A stretch of 61,950 nucleotides of DNA, filler included. It is 3 parts of 3 records of this genome, joined end to end, with 100 filler letters (N's around TTAATTAATTAA, not from the genome) between each part and the next. Parts side by side here need not be neighbours in the genome. Positions count along the whole stretch, not along the records: positions 18,115 to 49,938 come from DRR723986_1339; positions 50,039 to 61,950 come from DRR723986_1353; 1 more part is not named here. One strand, 5' to 3'. Numbering within the stretch: the stretch's first letter is position 1; every line of letters begins with the position of its first letter. The notes under the pieces are model-generated. The model was not told the DNA's origin and did no database searches. It was given only the letters and a program-made list of their open reading frames with translations. Positions 47,545-57,813 of this stretch are shown here, one piece after another. A program made the translations under genes and the position numbers.

Positions 47545-49071
47545 TTATTCCTTGAGGTAGCGGTCCGTCAGCTTGTCGATAGACCAGGAATCGGGCTTCT
47601 GGCTCGGCGGGTAGTCCGCGAAGGTCTGCAGGAACTGGGCGGTAACGCTCAGTCCCAGGTAACCCTGGGGAGCCTTGTCGATCACCCAGTCCCAATAGGT
47701 ATTGGAGTTCTGGTCAGCCCGCTCAAAGGGGTCCCGGCGCAGGTTGAAAATCTTGAACATGCGCAGGGTCACAAAGGGCTCCGCCCACAGGGCCATCGTC
47801 TTCGCCCGGTTCTCGGCATAGACCAGCTTCCAGTCGCCTACCCGCACTCCAACCGGCATCCCCTCATCGTTGAGGTAATGAAACTCGCGGCGCGGTCCCT
47901 GCTGCTGCTCTCCGGTGAGATAGGGCAGGAAGTTATAGCCATCAAGATGCAGCTTCGAATTCTTGCTGCCAACCCGCGTACCCTTCAACAGGCGCTGCTT
48001 GAGCTCAGCATCACCCGCAGCCGCGGCAAAGGTCGGCATCCAGTCGAGGTGCGACATGATGGTATTGCTGACCTGGCCCGGGGCAATCTTGCCGGGCCAG
48101 CGCACCATGGCCGGTACGCGATAGGCGCCCTCCCAGTTGGAGTTCTTCTCGCTGCGGAACGGCGTGATGCCTGCATCGGGCCAGGTGTTGAAGTGCACGC
48201 CATTGTCGGTTGAGTAGAAAACAATCGTGTTGTCGGCGATACCCAGCTCATCTAGCTGGTTCAGCAGGCCGCCCACCAGTTCGTCGTGCGCGACCATCAC
48301 GTCGTTGTAAAAACCCTGGCCGGACTTGCCGAGGTGCTTCTCTGCCGGGTGTGTCCGAAAATGCATGCCGGTGGTGTTTACCCAGACAAAGAAGGGCTTG
48401 TCATCCTTCACCGAACGGTCGATGAATTTGCTGGCTGCGGCGGAAAACTCCTCGTCGGCGGTTTCCATCCGCTTGCGGGTCAGGGCGCCGGTGTCCTCGA
48501 TCCGACCATCCGCGTAGGAATGAATCACGCCGCGGGGACCAAACATCTCCCGGAAACGCGGATCCTGCGGGTAGTCCGGATCTTCCGGCTCTTCTTCGGC
48601 GTTGAGGTGGTAGAGGTTGCCGAAAAACTCGTCGAAACCATGGTTGGTCGGCAGGTGTTCATCCCGGTCACCGAAGTGGTTCTTGCCGAACTGGCCGGTG
48701 GCGTAGCCCTGGCTCTTCAACACTTCGGCAATGGTGAGATCGCGCTCGTTGATGCCCAGTTCCGCGCCGGGCAAGCCCACCTTGGTCAGGCCGGTACGCA
48801 GGCCAGACTGGCCGGTGATAAAGGTCGAGCGCCCGGCGGTACAGCTCTGGTCACCGTAGTAATCGGTGAAGCGCATGCCTTCCTGGGCGATACGATCGAT
48901 ATTGGGCGTCCGATAGCCCATGATCCCATCACTGTAAGCGCTGATATTGGTAATGCCGATATCGTCACCCCAGATCACAAGGATATTGGGCTTCTCTGCA
49001 CTGATGGCCGGTAGCGCCAGTGCGAGTAGCAGGGCTGCGACCGACGCCTGCAGTTTTCTTGGTATGGACAT
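47545..49071 (-). CDS. Arylsulfatase (Cys-type formylglycine sulfatase), exported
   Basis: Signal peptide, PNILVIWGDD, SCTAGRSTFITG (CxAxR), GKNHFG, HGFDEFFG, STDNG. Confidence 0.95.
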   Translation of the reverse strand: MSIPRKLQASVAALLLALALPAISAEKPNILVIWGDDIGITNISAYSDGIMGYRTPNIDRIAQEGMRFTDYYGDQSCTAGRSTFITGQSGLRTGLTKVGLPGAELGINERDLTIAEVLKSQGYATGQFGKNHFGDRDEHLPTNHGFDEFFGNLYHLNAEEEPEDPDYPQDPRFREMFGPRGVIHSYADGRIEDTGALTRKRMETADEEFSAAASKFIDRSVKDDKPFFVWVNTTGMHFRTHPAEKHLGKSGQGFYNDVMVAHDELVGGLLNQLDELGIADNTIVFYSTDNGVHFNTWPDAGITPFRSEKNSNWEGAYRVPAMVRWPGKIAPGQVSNTIMSHLDWMPTFAAAAGDAELKQRLLKGTRVGSKNSKLHLDGYNFLPYLTGEQQQGPRREFHYLNDEGMPVGVRVGDWKLVYAENRAKTMALWAEPFVTLRMFKIFNLRRDPFERADQNSNTYWDWVIDKAPQGYLGLSVTAQFLQTFADYPPSQKPDSWSIDKLTDRYLKE

Positions 49072-49224
49072 GGTTCTGCCTCTCCTGTCGTTTTTCGCGG
49101 AAGCGGCAGTATGCTGTATACGGGGTGATTTTCAAGTCGCCGCCGGGTGAGTGAAAAATTTACACTCCCTGAGGCCCGCAACGGCTTGCAATGCAACACT
49201 TTTTCTCTATGATGCGCCCTCCCG

Positions 49225-49241
49225 CTGGCACGGGTTTTGCT
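49225..49241 (+). promoter_or_regulatory. Consensus sigma54 promoter
   Basis: CTGGCACGGGTTTTGCT matches TGGCACG-N4-TTGCW. Confidence 0.85.
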
Positions 49242-49366
49242 GACAAATTACTGAACACGGCAAAAACGGCTGCAAGCGGGTCATTCGACCGCCAGAAGCA
49301 CAGTATCAGGGCACGCCGCGCACCAAGTAGAGGCGCCGGCGAGCGAGTTTGCGAGGAGAGCAGGCA

Positions 49367-49651
49367 ATGCCAAACAGTCAGTTAAGCAATGGAAGCCGGG
49401 TCCGCAGGGCCGTCAACGACCTCGTTCTGGCGGAAATGTTTCTCGTCCAGGCGACGATCGAAAGCGCCACCGCCATCGGAGACGGCCTCAGCGCGCTTGG
49501 ACGCCAGCTGACCGCCGACACCGATGAGGGGACACCGAGCGCCGGGGAGCAAAGCCTGAGCGCCGTGCTGTCACGCACCGCCGACGAAGCGATCGAGCCT
49601 TATACCAGCCGGTTGCGCATCCTGCGCGAACTGATGGACAGCGAGCGCTAA
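49367..49651 (+). CDS. Hypothetical 94-aa helical protein
   Basis: GAGGAG RBS upstream of ATG 49367; lies downstream of the sigma54 promoter. Confidence 0.7.
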   Translation: MPNSQLSNGSRVRRAVNDLVLAEMFLVQATIESATAIGDGLSALGRQLTADTDEGTPSAGEQSLSAVLSRTADEAIEPYTSRLRILRELMDSER

Positions 49652-49742
49652 TCCCGGCCCGGAACAGGCCTACGGGGTCGGGGCACGACTGCCCTGCCCC
49701 ACCAAACAACGTCTCAGGGCCTGCCAGTGCAGGCGCCGTCCT

Positions 49743-49938
<196 letters not shown>

Positions 49939-50038
49939 NNNNNNNNNNNNNNNNNNNNNNNNNNNNNNNNNNNNNNNNNNNNTTAATTAATTAANNNNNN
50001 NNNNNNNNNNNNNNNNNNNNNNNNNNNNNNNNNNNNNN
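49939..50038. other. Artificial contig-joining spacer
   Basis: N44-TTAATTAATTAA-N44. Confidence 0.98.
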
Positions 50039-50093
50039 TCGCTTGAAGCTAAGAAGGGGAAGTTTACACATCGTTAGGTAAGTAACAAGCCGA

Positions 50094-50500
50094 CTAAAGT
50101 AGTGATATCTTGACTGTTTTGTTTTCAACGTCAACTGAAATCCAATCTGCTTTTTCTTCACCAGGCAAGCAGTCAATTAGGCTGTCACCAATCGAATAGC
50201 TGGCGAGTGCTCTTTTACCCAGTATTATTGTCATGTTATAAAGGTCCTGACCATTTTTCCCATGTAGGCATTCGCTTCAATTTCTCCGGTATCAATTACA
50301 TGCTGTTTACTCAGGAGCCGTCGATTAAGTTTGGGATCTAGATATGTTGCCGAAAAAACTCCATCACACCAAAACCCTTGTAATTCTAACTCCTTCGAAT
50401 TCTTAAGTGTTCGACAGAGATGGAACTCAAGGCGTCCACAAAACTCATCATTGAAAGATTCGATAATCCGTTCCATTTTTGCAGCGTTATCAATTTTCAT
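50094..50500 (-). pseudogene. Frameshifted hypothetical gene (pseudogene or homopolymer error)
   Basis: MKIDN...GFWCDGV...AYMGK continues, after adding one A to the A5 run near 50255, as NGQDLYNMTIILGKRALASYSIGDSLIDCLPGEEKADWISVDVENKTVKISLL*. Confidence 0.7.
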
Positions 50501-50993
50501 TCGCAAAGATTCAGAATCTCTGTCTTATTTCTAAAGTTACTATTTTCTACAGCCCTCTAATGGGGGTTATGTAAAGTAGGGACTAGATCGATTCCCCATA
50601 TCAAACGAAAGTTTTGCAGCCAAACCCGTGGGAGCAACAAAACAATTTGTCACCTATGACTGTTGCTCTACATGCTCACTTTCACTGGGATCGGGCAAAT
50701 TAATCAGTCGTGAAGAAAGAATAACCAATGTGTAAAGTACCTATACGACCATAGTGGCATCTGCCTAGCACCTACAGATCGTGACCAGAGTAGAACTGAT
50801 AAGCGCTGATTGTTGTGAAATTTGGAGAGAACGGAATCGCGGTCACTTAATATCGTGGTCATCAAAAACTTGCTATTTTTCTAGCAACAGCTTACGATAG
50901 ATAGCCGAGGTTTTTCAAATCCGCATCCGCGTGCCCACGGTTTCTATGCTCTCGGGTTACGTTTAATGCAAAGCACTTTTGATCTGTTGTTTG

Positions 50994-52445
50994 TTACCGT
51001 TCAAGGATGTAGAAGAACAGTCCAAGTAATAGCACCAATAGTATTATCACTATGACTGACACGATGTACGACACAATTAGGGCGGCCACAATTCTACCCC
51101 ACGATCTTCTGGCCAAAAACCGCTTTAGGTTTATCATGAAAAACGGTGCAAACAAAAAAGTGACCACCAGTGGAATCGCGCCTGAAACTGCATTCGCAAT
51201 TATGAATTGAATTTCCGGTTCTGCCGAAAAGGTTGGCAGCGCAGCCAAGGCCGTAATAAGAGCTTGTAGCCCTGCCCCAATGCTACCCATCGAAAAAAGG
51301 AATAGTGATATTTGTTTAAATGATTTTCCAGGAGGATTGGCTTTAAGTATTAGGGACGCAGGCATCAGCATCACTGAAGTCAGGAGGCCGCTAATAGCAT
51401 AAAATAGCTCTCCTACAATCGGTGCTGAGAGAAAGCTAAAGAAATCGGCAAAAGGGGCCGGCTCGCGAAGTATAGTTATAGATTGCTCATTAAGCTTGTT
51501 AAACACATAGATTGAAATAGCGCCTGAAACCAGGTACAAGGCTGCCGCCTTTTTCAAGGATTCGTCAAGAATGCTTACTCTATGGAAAGACGTGGGGCTT
51601 TTTATAAATGTAATTAGAAGACCAGCAAAGCCAAAAACGCCGCCAAATAAGTACGAGGCAACACTCCCAGCTTCATTAGGAGGCATTTTTGCCAGTTCAA
51701 GACTATCCCGTGGATTCTCATTTCTTGCTTTCCTGATTTGCTCTGTTTCCCGCTCAAAACTATCGATTGCCGTATCAGTCAGCTTTTCGGACAATAGTGC
51801 TCTTATCTTCGGATGAATGCTTGCGAGCACGGTAGGGATTTTCTTAGCTTCTATTGAATTGGTCTTTTGAGTTTCTTCAAGTAAAGTGTTAATGAAAGCT
51901 TCCAATTCTTTTTCTGGGTCAACGGAGTATGTTTCATCTGTTACCAAATGGCAAAAGTCACTAAAGTTTTTTGACATGAGCAATTCGGTTTTTAACCTGA
52001 CAGCTTCTTTCAGACTTTCAACATGTACTGACTCGTTTGCAAAAGCAATTGCCAATATTAATGTGCCGAGATTGTTATACGCTGTGAAATTCTCAGATGA
52101 AACTTCCTTTTTCAATGTAACTCTATGCCACATTTTCGCCGCTTTTTCTAGATCCTCAGATTGAAGGTAATTCAAGGCTGTTTCGTCTAGGCGGTTATGG
52201 CTGGCAAACCAGAATAGCGCATTGGATAGTTTTTTTCGATTGATCTCAATGCTTGTCAATGCTTTTTCAACGGCTCCATTGGATCTATCTGGCTTTCCTG
52301 TGAAATCCAAATCAGTATCGAATTCAATATTTGTCCCAAGCATTTGAAGTGAATTGATTATATCTTTTTGCCTAGCAATTGTCTGTTGATTGGCTCCAGC
52401 AAAAATTCCAATGACATGATATGGGTTATGTCTGATTAAATTCAC
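50994..52445 (-). CDS. Hypothetical protein: soluble helical N-domain plus multi-TM C-domain
   Basis: 483-aa ORF; NPYHVIGI and TPR-like AYNNLGTL; about 6 hydrophobic segments in the C-terminal half. Confidence 0.75.
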   Translation of the reverse strand: MNLIRHNPYHVIGIFAGANQQTIARQKDIINSLQMLGTNIEFDTDLDFTGKPDRSNGAVEKALTSIEINRKKLSNALFWFASHNRLDETALNYLQSEDLEKAAKMWHRVTLKKEVSSENFTAYNNLGTLILAIAFANESVHVESLKEAVRLKTELLMSKNFSDFCHLVTDETYSVDPEKELEAFINTLLEETQKTNSIEAKKIPTVLASIHPKIRALLSEKLTDTAIDSFERETEQIRKARNENPRDSLELAKMPPNEAGSVASYLFGGVFGFAGLLITFIKSPTSFHRVSILDESLKKAAALYLVSGAISIYVFNKLNEQSITILREPAPFADFFSFLSAPIVGELFYAISGLLTSVMLMPASLILKANPPGKSFKQISLFLFSMGSIGAGLQALITALAALPTFSAEPEIQFIIANAVSGAIPLVVTFLFAPFFMINLKRFLARRSWGRIVAALIVSYIVSVIVIILLVLLLGLFFYILER

Positions 52446-53086
52446 GATATCATTTCGCTCGATTGATAATCAAGAGCGTTGGCAATATTGCACTCTTTTG
52501 TTTTTTACCTTGATGCGTACTTGTTCGGGTTGTTCAAAGAGACGCTACTGTTCAGCTTAGGTCACGGCTTAGTATTGCCAATTTCGAAACTAGGCAAACA
52601 CACGAAAGCGCAATGAAGGGTTCTGATGCAAACATAAAGCGTAACTTTCGGTTCCTAAAATCAATGAGATCAGATCTGGCATGAATATTTCGTGATTCAA
52701 TTATTGTTGTAGAATATTAGACAGTCTACCAAGATAGCATATTTGGAAATATTTGTAAGTAATGTTGGATGTTAGCAGTAATTTTATCTGCATTTCCTTG
52801 CAAACAAAAAGCCCTCTAATAAAGCTTATGTAAACCTACCCTACCCCCCAACCTCAAACCACCATCCCTGCGCTTGCAGTCTTCCAATATCAAATGACCC
52901 AAACTCTCAGAACATAACCATGCTCCTCGCTCGGACCGCACAGCCAAACAGCTGACAGATCCTCTTGTGCAAGATATCGCATACATCCGGAAAAATCGCC
53001 AGACAATCAGTACAACAGCGATATATAAAGAATTGTTCAATGCTGAATTCCCGCGAATACATTCTCTTATCGATCCCCAGGAAAAC

Positions 53087-53120
53087 AAAAAAAGCACTTC
53101 CCGCCTGCGCAGGAAGTGCT
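53087..53120 (-). terminator. Rho-independent terminator of the lipoprotein gene
   Basis: Minus strand AGCACTTCC-TGCGCAGGCG-GGAAGTGCT followed by a T-run. Confidence 0.75.
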
Positions 53121-53200
53121 CAAATTTTACTAAAACCTGCCGGCCGCCAGATTGACCTTGCAAGCTCAAATTCATCCAGATAAGCTGCCCCAGGCGCCTG

Positions 53201-53914
53201 TTAACGACTGAGCGCCTTCAGGGCGTCCCGCAGTGCTTTCTCAATGTCATTCTCACTCTTGGGGTCACGCGGATCGATAATCGAGTTGCCAGTCTTTAAC
53301 AGCAGCGATGGATCGATTTGCAGGATAACTTCATTGCTGCTTATTTCATCCACCACGATTTCCGGGCTGAACTCAAGTTTGACGTTTGAAGTGCCGTCGC
53401 CATAGAAAATGAATTCTTCCGCCACGCCGCCCTCGTAGATGCGGCCCTCAATTATCGCCGAATATCGGTCGGATGTCGCAAAATCACCAAACACCTCGTC
53501 ACCGGCGTACTGGCTCCGTTCGCTGGAACTGAATCGGTGAAACTCGAATTTTATCTTGTCATACCTGCCTTCAGGAATCGAAGCCGCCACCAGACGCACC
53601 GACTGCGCGCCGGAGTCCAACGTCAGTACCGTCGGAGCCGTCTTAATATCGCGGTCGCCGTCGCTATCATCCTCGCCGCTGGTATTGAGCTTCATCCGCG
53701 AAATCAATAATCGCAGGCGGTCAATCCGCAAGGAGTCAATATGCGAAGTCAGAACCGAGCTTTGTGAGCCTTTGACCGCTGCCTGGCTGACAACCGTTGC
53801 CGGCATTTCAGCAAGTACTTCCAGGTTAGTTGCCTGAGGTCCGGAAGGGTCGTCATCCGAGCAGGCTGCCATGAACAGGAGGCTACAGATGCCAACAATC
53901 AGAAGTTTATGCAT
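53201..53914 (-). CDS. Lipoprotein, possibly DUF4382-like
   Basis: Lipobox MAA-C followed by SDDDP; IPEGRYDKIKF pattern. Confidence 0.7.
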   Translation of the reverse strand: MHKLLIVGICSLLFMAACSDDDPSGPQATNLEVLAEMPATVVSQAAVKGSQSSVLTSHIDSLRIDRLRLLISRMKLNTSGEDDSDGDRDIKTAPTVLTLDSGAQSVRLVAASIPEGRYDKIKFEFHRFSSSERSQYAGDEVFGDFATSDRYSAIIEGRIYEGGVAEEFIFYGDGTSNVKLEFSPEIVVDEISSNEVILQIDPSLLLKTGNSIIDPRDPKSENDIEKALRDALKALSR

Positions 53915-54486
53915 GTTACTCCTCCAAAAATTTTGTTATTCGAGCACGATATGAGTGTATGTACAAACCGGCAACGCAAAAGTTGGTCGCCTATTGCCAC
54001 GGCTGTCCCGCAGACTGAGTGTCCGTTATCGACCAATAGTTCTTGCTTCACTCGTGATTTCAGCCCAGCGCTCTTCAGTAAGCTTCGCCAAGTTTAGCGC
54101 AACACTCCCCCGCAGAATGTCTCCCGGCCTGCATTCCAAAACAACAGGCAGATTGCAGCGCCCTTGCTGATTCGGGCTTGCCTTTTGAGCTTCTTGTTAA
54201 CAATCGAACCAAAGGTGAACATCGGCTGAATCCAGCTGAAAGAATAGCAGTAAGACTGAAGAATATGAGACATATAGTGGCAACAAAATCCTCGAGAGAT
54301 ATCTCTTTCCGCAATTCGAGGATCCTGGAACCACTCCGGTGCGCTTACATTCACTGAACAGGCGTGAGGACGTCCATTGAATCGGCATGCGGGATGCCGT
54401 AGTTGTATAGGTCCAGGCACTGAGAGGCTTAGGCCAGACTACTACGGCCGTCCAACGCGCATGCTGCCCAAGATTGCTTAAAACAG

Positions 54487-55344
54487 TTATCTCTCACAAA
54501 TTTCCTTCAACTTCTGCAGCGCGTTTGGCCATCCATCATTAAACATGGCTGTCCACTCAGATGCTGATGTGATGTTGACTTTGAGTGTGGTGACGCCCTT
54601 TTCTTCGGAAAATGTGTAGCGCTCGTGAATGCCGATCCATCCTTTGGCCATTTCGCTGTCACGGTCTTCTGCTCCACCTTTTAGCAGCATGGCAATGTGT
54701 TTGGCATGGCTGTAGTCGTAGGGTTTATGTGCGATCAAGGTTACCAAAGTTCCTTCCCCACTTGGCGATACGAACTTTAACATTTCGCCCTCAGCCCACG
54801 TGCCTTCATACGTTGAGCCTTCCCACCCGGCATTTGACCATTCTTCGTAGGTCGTCAGGTGGAACATGGTTTCCCATACTTTCTGTTTTTCCGCATTAAT
54901 GTTAACCGTGAATTCGAGCAGGACAGAATTCTCGGCGTAACGCTTAAAGCTGTCCAATATGGCTTGCCACCCTGCCTTTTGTAATTCAACAGGATTTTCA
55001 CTTTCGGCTACAAAGGTCTCGGTAACTGTTGTTGCCTCTCCCTGCTGCACGAATGTGACCTTAACTGTCCGGCCATCACTCATGGTGTAGGTGATAAGTT
55101 GATTGGTTTTTACTTCATCATACAGTCCTTCAAAGTCGAAAGCAAGGCTACCATCCCTGGCCTCCATTCTTGAGACAAACTTGCCGCCTGGGCGCAGGTC
55201 ATTTTCTGCTCTGGATGTATGCCAATCAGGTGATGCGGTGTTCCAGTTGGTGATGTCCACCGGATTAGTCCACAATTGCCATACTTTTTCCAGCGGCGCA
55301 TTAATGTGCACCTGTACCGTAATATTTGTTTTTGAAATTGCCAT
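54487..55344 (-). CDS. Tandem SRPBCC (AHSA1-like) domain protein
   Basis: Two repeats of INAxxxKVW...GW..IL/AL; DLRPGGKF.SRMEARDGS. Confidence 0.88.
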   Translation of the reverse strand: MAISKTNITVQVHINAPLEKVWQLWTNPVDITNWNTASPDWHTSRAENDLRPGGKFVSRMEARDGSLAFDFEGLYDEVKTNQLITYTMSDGRTVKVTFVQQGEATTVTETFVAESENPVELQKAGWQAILDSFKRYAENSVLLEFTVNINAEKQKVWETMFHLTTYEEWSNAGWEGSTYEGTWAEGEMLKFVSPSGEGTLVTLIAHKPYDYSHAKHIAMLLKGGAEDRDSEMAKGWIGIHERYTFSEEKGVTTLKVNITSASEWTAMFNDGWPNALQKLKEICER

Positions 55345-55503
55345 ACTGCTACTGTTTTTGTTAGTTGTCAGAATGTGTTTGTCTTGTTAAGACAAAAATA
55401 GAAAAATAGGTGTTCTCCAAGGGACTCATGCTGTACAAGAATGACAGCATGCGGGTGTTTTGCGACAAACGCCATTTTTACCCTCTTAGTCTCAATCCAG
55501 ACA

Positions 55504-56496
55504 ATGAAAACTGTAAGCATCCTTGTACCTGAATCCTCGGTAATGCAGGCCATTGCCGATCCGCAATATTTGTTTTCTGCAGCTAATCAGTTCCTGACAG
55601 CGGCGGGCAAACAGCCCCTGTTCAACGTGGAGCTGGTAGGCGCAAAAAAAGAAGTGAAACTCAATCAAGGGCGATTTTCGATCCATACAGATCGACTGCT
55701 CAAGGATGTACAAGAGACTGATTTGGTGTTAATTCCGGCATTATTTGGCGATATGCAAAAGGCGATTGCTTTGAACAAAACCTTTTTACCCTGGATCAGT
55801 CAACAGTATGAAAAAGGGGCAGAAGTTGCCTCGCTTTGTGTCGGTGCATTTTTGCTGGCGTCCACAGGATTATTGGATGGTAAAAAATGCTCAACACATT
55901 GGGGATTTCAGAATGAGTTCCGTCAAATGTTTCCGGAGGTGGAGGTGATGGACGGCAGTGTGATTACCGAAGAACACCGGATCTATTCCAGTGGCGGGGC
56001 AAATTCATACTGGAGCCTGCTCTTGCATTTATTGGAGAAGTATACTGACCGAGCAACGGCCATCCTGGCATCCAAATACTTTGCCGTGGATATTGACAGG
56101 GACAGCCAGGCGGCCTTTTCCATGTTTCAGGGGCAAAAAAACCATATGGATGAGGCCGTCAAAACCGCGCAGCAGTTTATTGAAAGAAATATAGCCGAGC
56201 GGGTATTGGTTGATGATCTGGCCGGCATGGTCGCTGTAGGCAGACGAAGTTTTGAGCGCCGGTTCAAACAAGCTACCAACAACACGGTACAAGAATACAT
56301 CCACCGGGTCAAGACTGAAGCCGCTAAACGTCAGTTTGAGAACAATCGCAAAACTGTCAATGAAGTCATGCTTGAAGTCGGCTACACAGACGGCAAGGCA
56401 TTTCGCAACATGTTCAAAAAAATCACTGGTCTTACGCCAATTGAGTACCGGAATAAGTACAATACGCGTGAGCTTCAAAGGCCTGTGAAGGATTAA
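55504..56496 (+). CDS. GlxA-type AraC regulator (DJ-1/PfpI plus HTH)
   Basis: ASLCVGAFLLASTGLLDGKKCSTHW, SSGG, RSFERRFK, VGYTD.KAFR..FKKITGLTP; divergent from the SRPBCC gene. Confidence 0.92.
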   Translation: MKTVSILVPESSVMQAIADPQYLFSAANQFLTAAGKQPLFNVELVGAKKEVKLNQGRFSIHTDRLLKDVQETDLVLIPALFGDMQKAIALNKTFLPWISQQYEKGAEVASLCVGAFLLASTGLLDGKKCSTHWGFQNEFRQMFPEVEVMDGSVITEEHRIYSSGGANSYWSLLLHLLEKYTDRATAILASKYFAVDIDRDSQAAFSMFQGQKNHMDEAVKTAQQFIERNIAERVLVDDLAGMVAVGRRSFERRFKQATNNTVQEYIHRVKTEAAKRQFENNRKTVNEVMLEVGYTDGKAFRNMFKKITGLTPIEYRNKYNTRELQRPVKD

Positions 56497-56898
56497 ACTC
56501 AAAAAACTATCGAATGATCCGCAGCGGTAGTTAAAACAGCAACTGCCAAGTCATAAAAGTAGCAGAAGCTCCGTGCGATTGTGCACCCCAGGGAAAGTTT
56601 TGCCATGTAGCGCTAAGCTGATAACTGTGATGCGTGGCAGCTAAAAGTTTAATGCAGCGCCATTCGCCTGGTGCCACGCTTCACTTCCCAGCCCCTCAAC
56701 CCCAAACTCCAAGTCTCCAACCTGAAGCCATCCGACCCAAAAGTCAAATGACAGACTCACATTCCCAAGACTCCAGTCTAAATGACTAACAAAAAGAAAC
56801 AGCAAGCCGCAAGTCTTCGACGGCGAAGCGCTCAGGCAAGCCAAAACCGAAAAGTGTGAATGTTGTATCTATTGTGATCGTGTAATTCGTGCAGGCAT

Positions 56899-57810
56899 CT
56901 ACTGCTCTAAATCTGCCAGAATCGGTTTGAGCATGGTTTCGGTGTAATACTCAACTCCCGGTGTGTTAAGGTGATGCAGATCGAAATAATACTCCGGCTG
57001 CGGTACCGCATTTGTGTGATCGTAATATTCAATTCCGTACTGCTGTTTCATCGTTTCCAGGAAAGCCATAAGCTCCCCGGTGCCGGCAAGATCTCCCAAT
57101 AACATCGGCGGAACAATGATAACCACATTGGCCTCATTATTAGTCGAGAGTTCGATGAAGTCACGCAGGATACCGGTGTAGGTCTCAAATGCGTCCTTGT
57201 TTAATCCCTCCAGATACAGGACATCCAGGTTTTTGTCGACGTTGCCAAGATCAATGCCTTTCAGGCTTTTGTCCTGACTCTTGCGTTTGCTGGCTTTCTT
57301 AAAAATCCATTCGGGGTAGAACTTCTTGCGGAAGTAATTGAGGATGACGGTTTTGTCGACGTCATTGTCAATTAATCGCTGCAGGAAATCGAGCGTCAGC
57401 GGTTCTTTGGTGGGGAAAAAGTTCTTGTGGTTCCACTTTTCGGATTGAACCGACCAGGGGTCCAGGAAATACAGGACCGACTTGGTCTTGTTGTTGTTAT
57501 CGTAGAAAATCGAGAGGAACATCTTGGCAGGGACCACTCCCCCGCCGCTGCCGACCGAAAGGTTAAGCAGACGCCGGTCCAAAATCTTCTCAACGCGCTG
57601 ATGGTTGCGTGTGCGCGAAAAAACGCGGCCATGTGAAGTGCCGAACATCAGCAGGTCAACTTCACTGTCTTCCGGCATAATGTAGAGGTTCGACTCCGTT
57701 TCCCAATTCTTATAACTGTAACGCGGAATATCCAGCAGCTTCAATGCTGCCAAGGGTGTTCCGACACATATAAGGGCAAACAGCAGTATTTTTACGATCA
57801 GCTTAACCAT
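56899..57810 (-). CDS. Membrane-anchored SGNH-like protein (partner of the MBOAT)
   Basis: N-terminal TM, FGTSH (Ser block), C-terminal FDLHHLN (DxxH); 3 nt downstream of the MBOAT gene. Confidence 0.72.
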   Translation of the reverse strand: MVKLIVKILLFALICVGTPLAALKLLDIPRYSYKNWETESNLYIMPEDSEVDLLMFGTSHGRVFSRTRNHQRVEKILDRRLLNLSVGSGGGVVPAKMFLSIFYDNNNKTKSVLYFLDPWSVQSEKWNHKNFFPTKEPLTLDFLQRLIDNDVDKTVILNYFRKKFYPEWIFKKASKRKSQDKSLKGIDLGNVDKNLDVLYLEGLNKDAFETYTGILRDFIELSTNNEANVVIIVPPMLLGDLAGTGELMAFLETMKQQYGIEYYDHTNAVPQPEYYFDLHHLNTPGVEYYTETMLKPILADLEQ

Positions 57811-57813
57811 AGC

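Noticed and set aside
50039-50093. ACCTAAC after the frameshifted gene as an integron attC R'' site
   Set aside because: The contig ends before a partner site could be seen, and there is no integrase or second cassette.
52816-54420. Short ORFs flanking the lipoprotein gene
   Set aside because: No recognisable motifs, RBS or coding-like composition.
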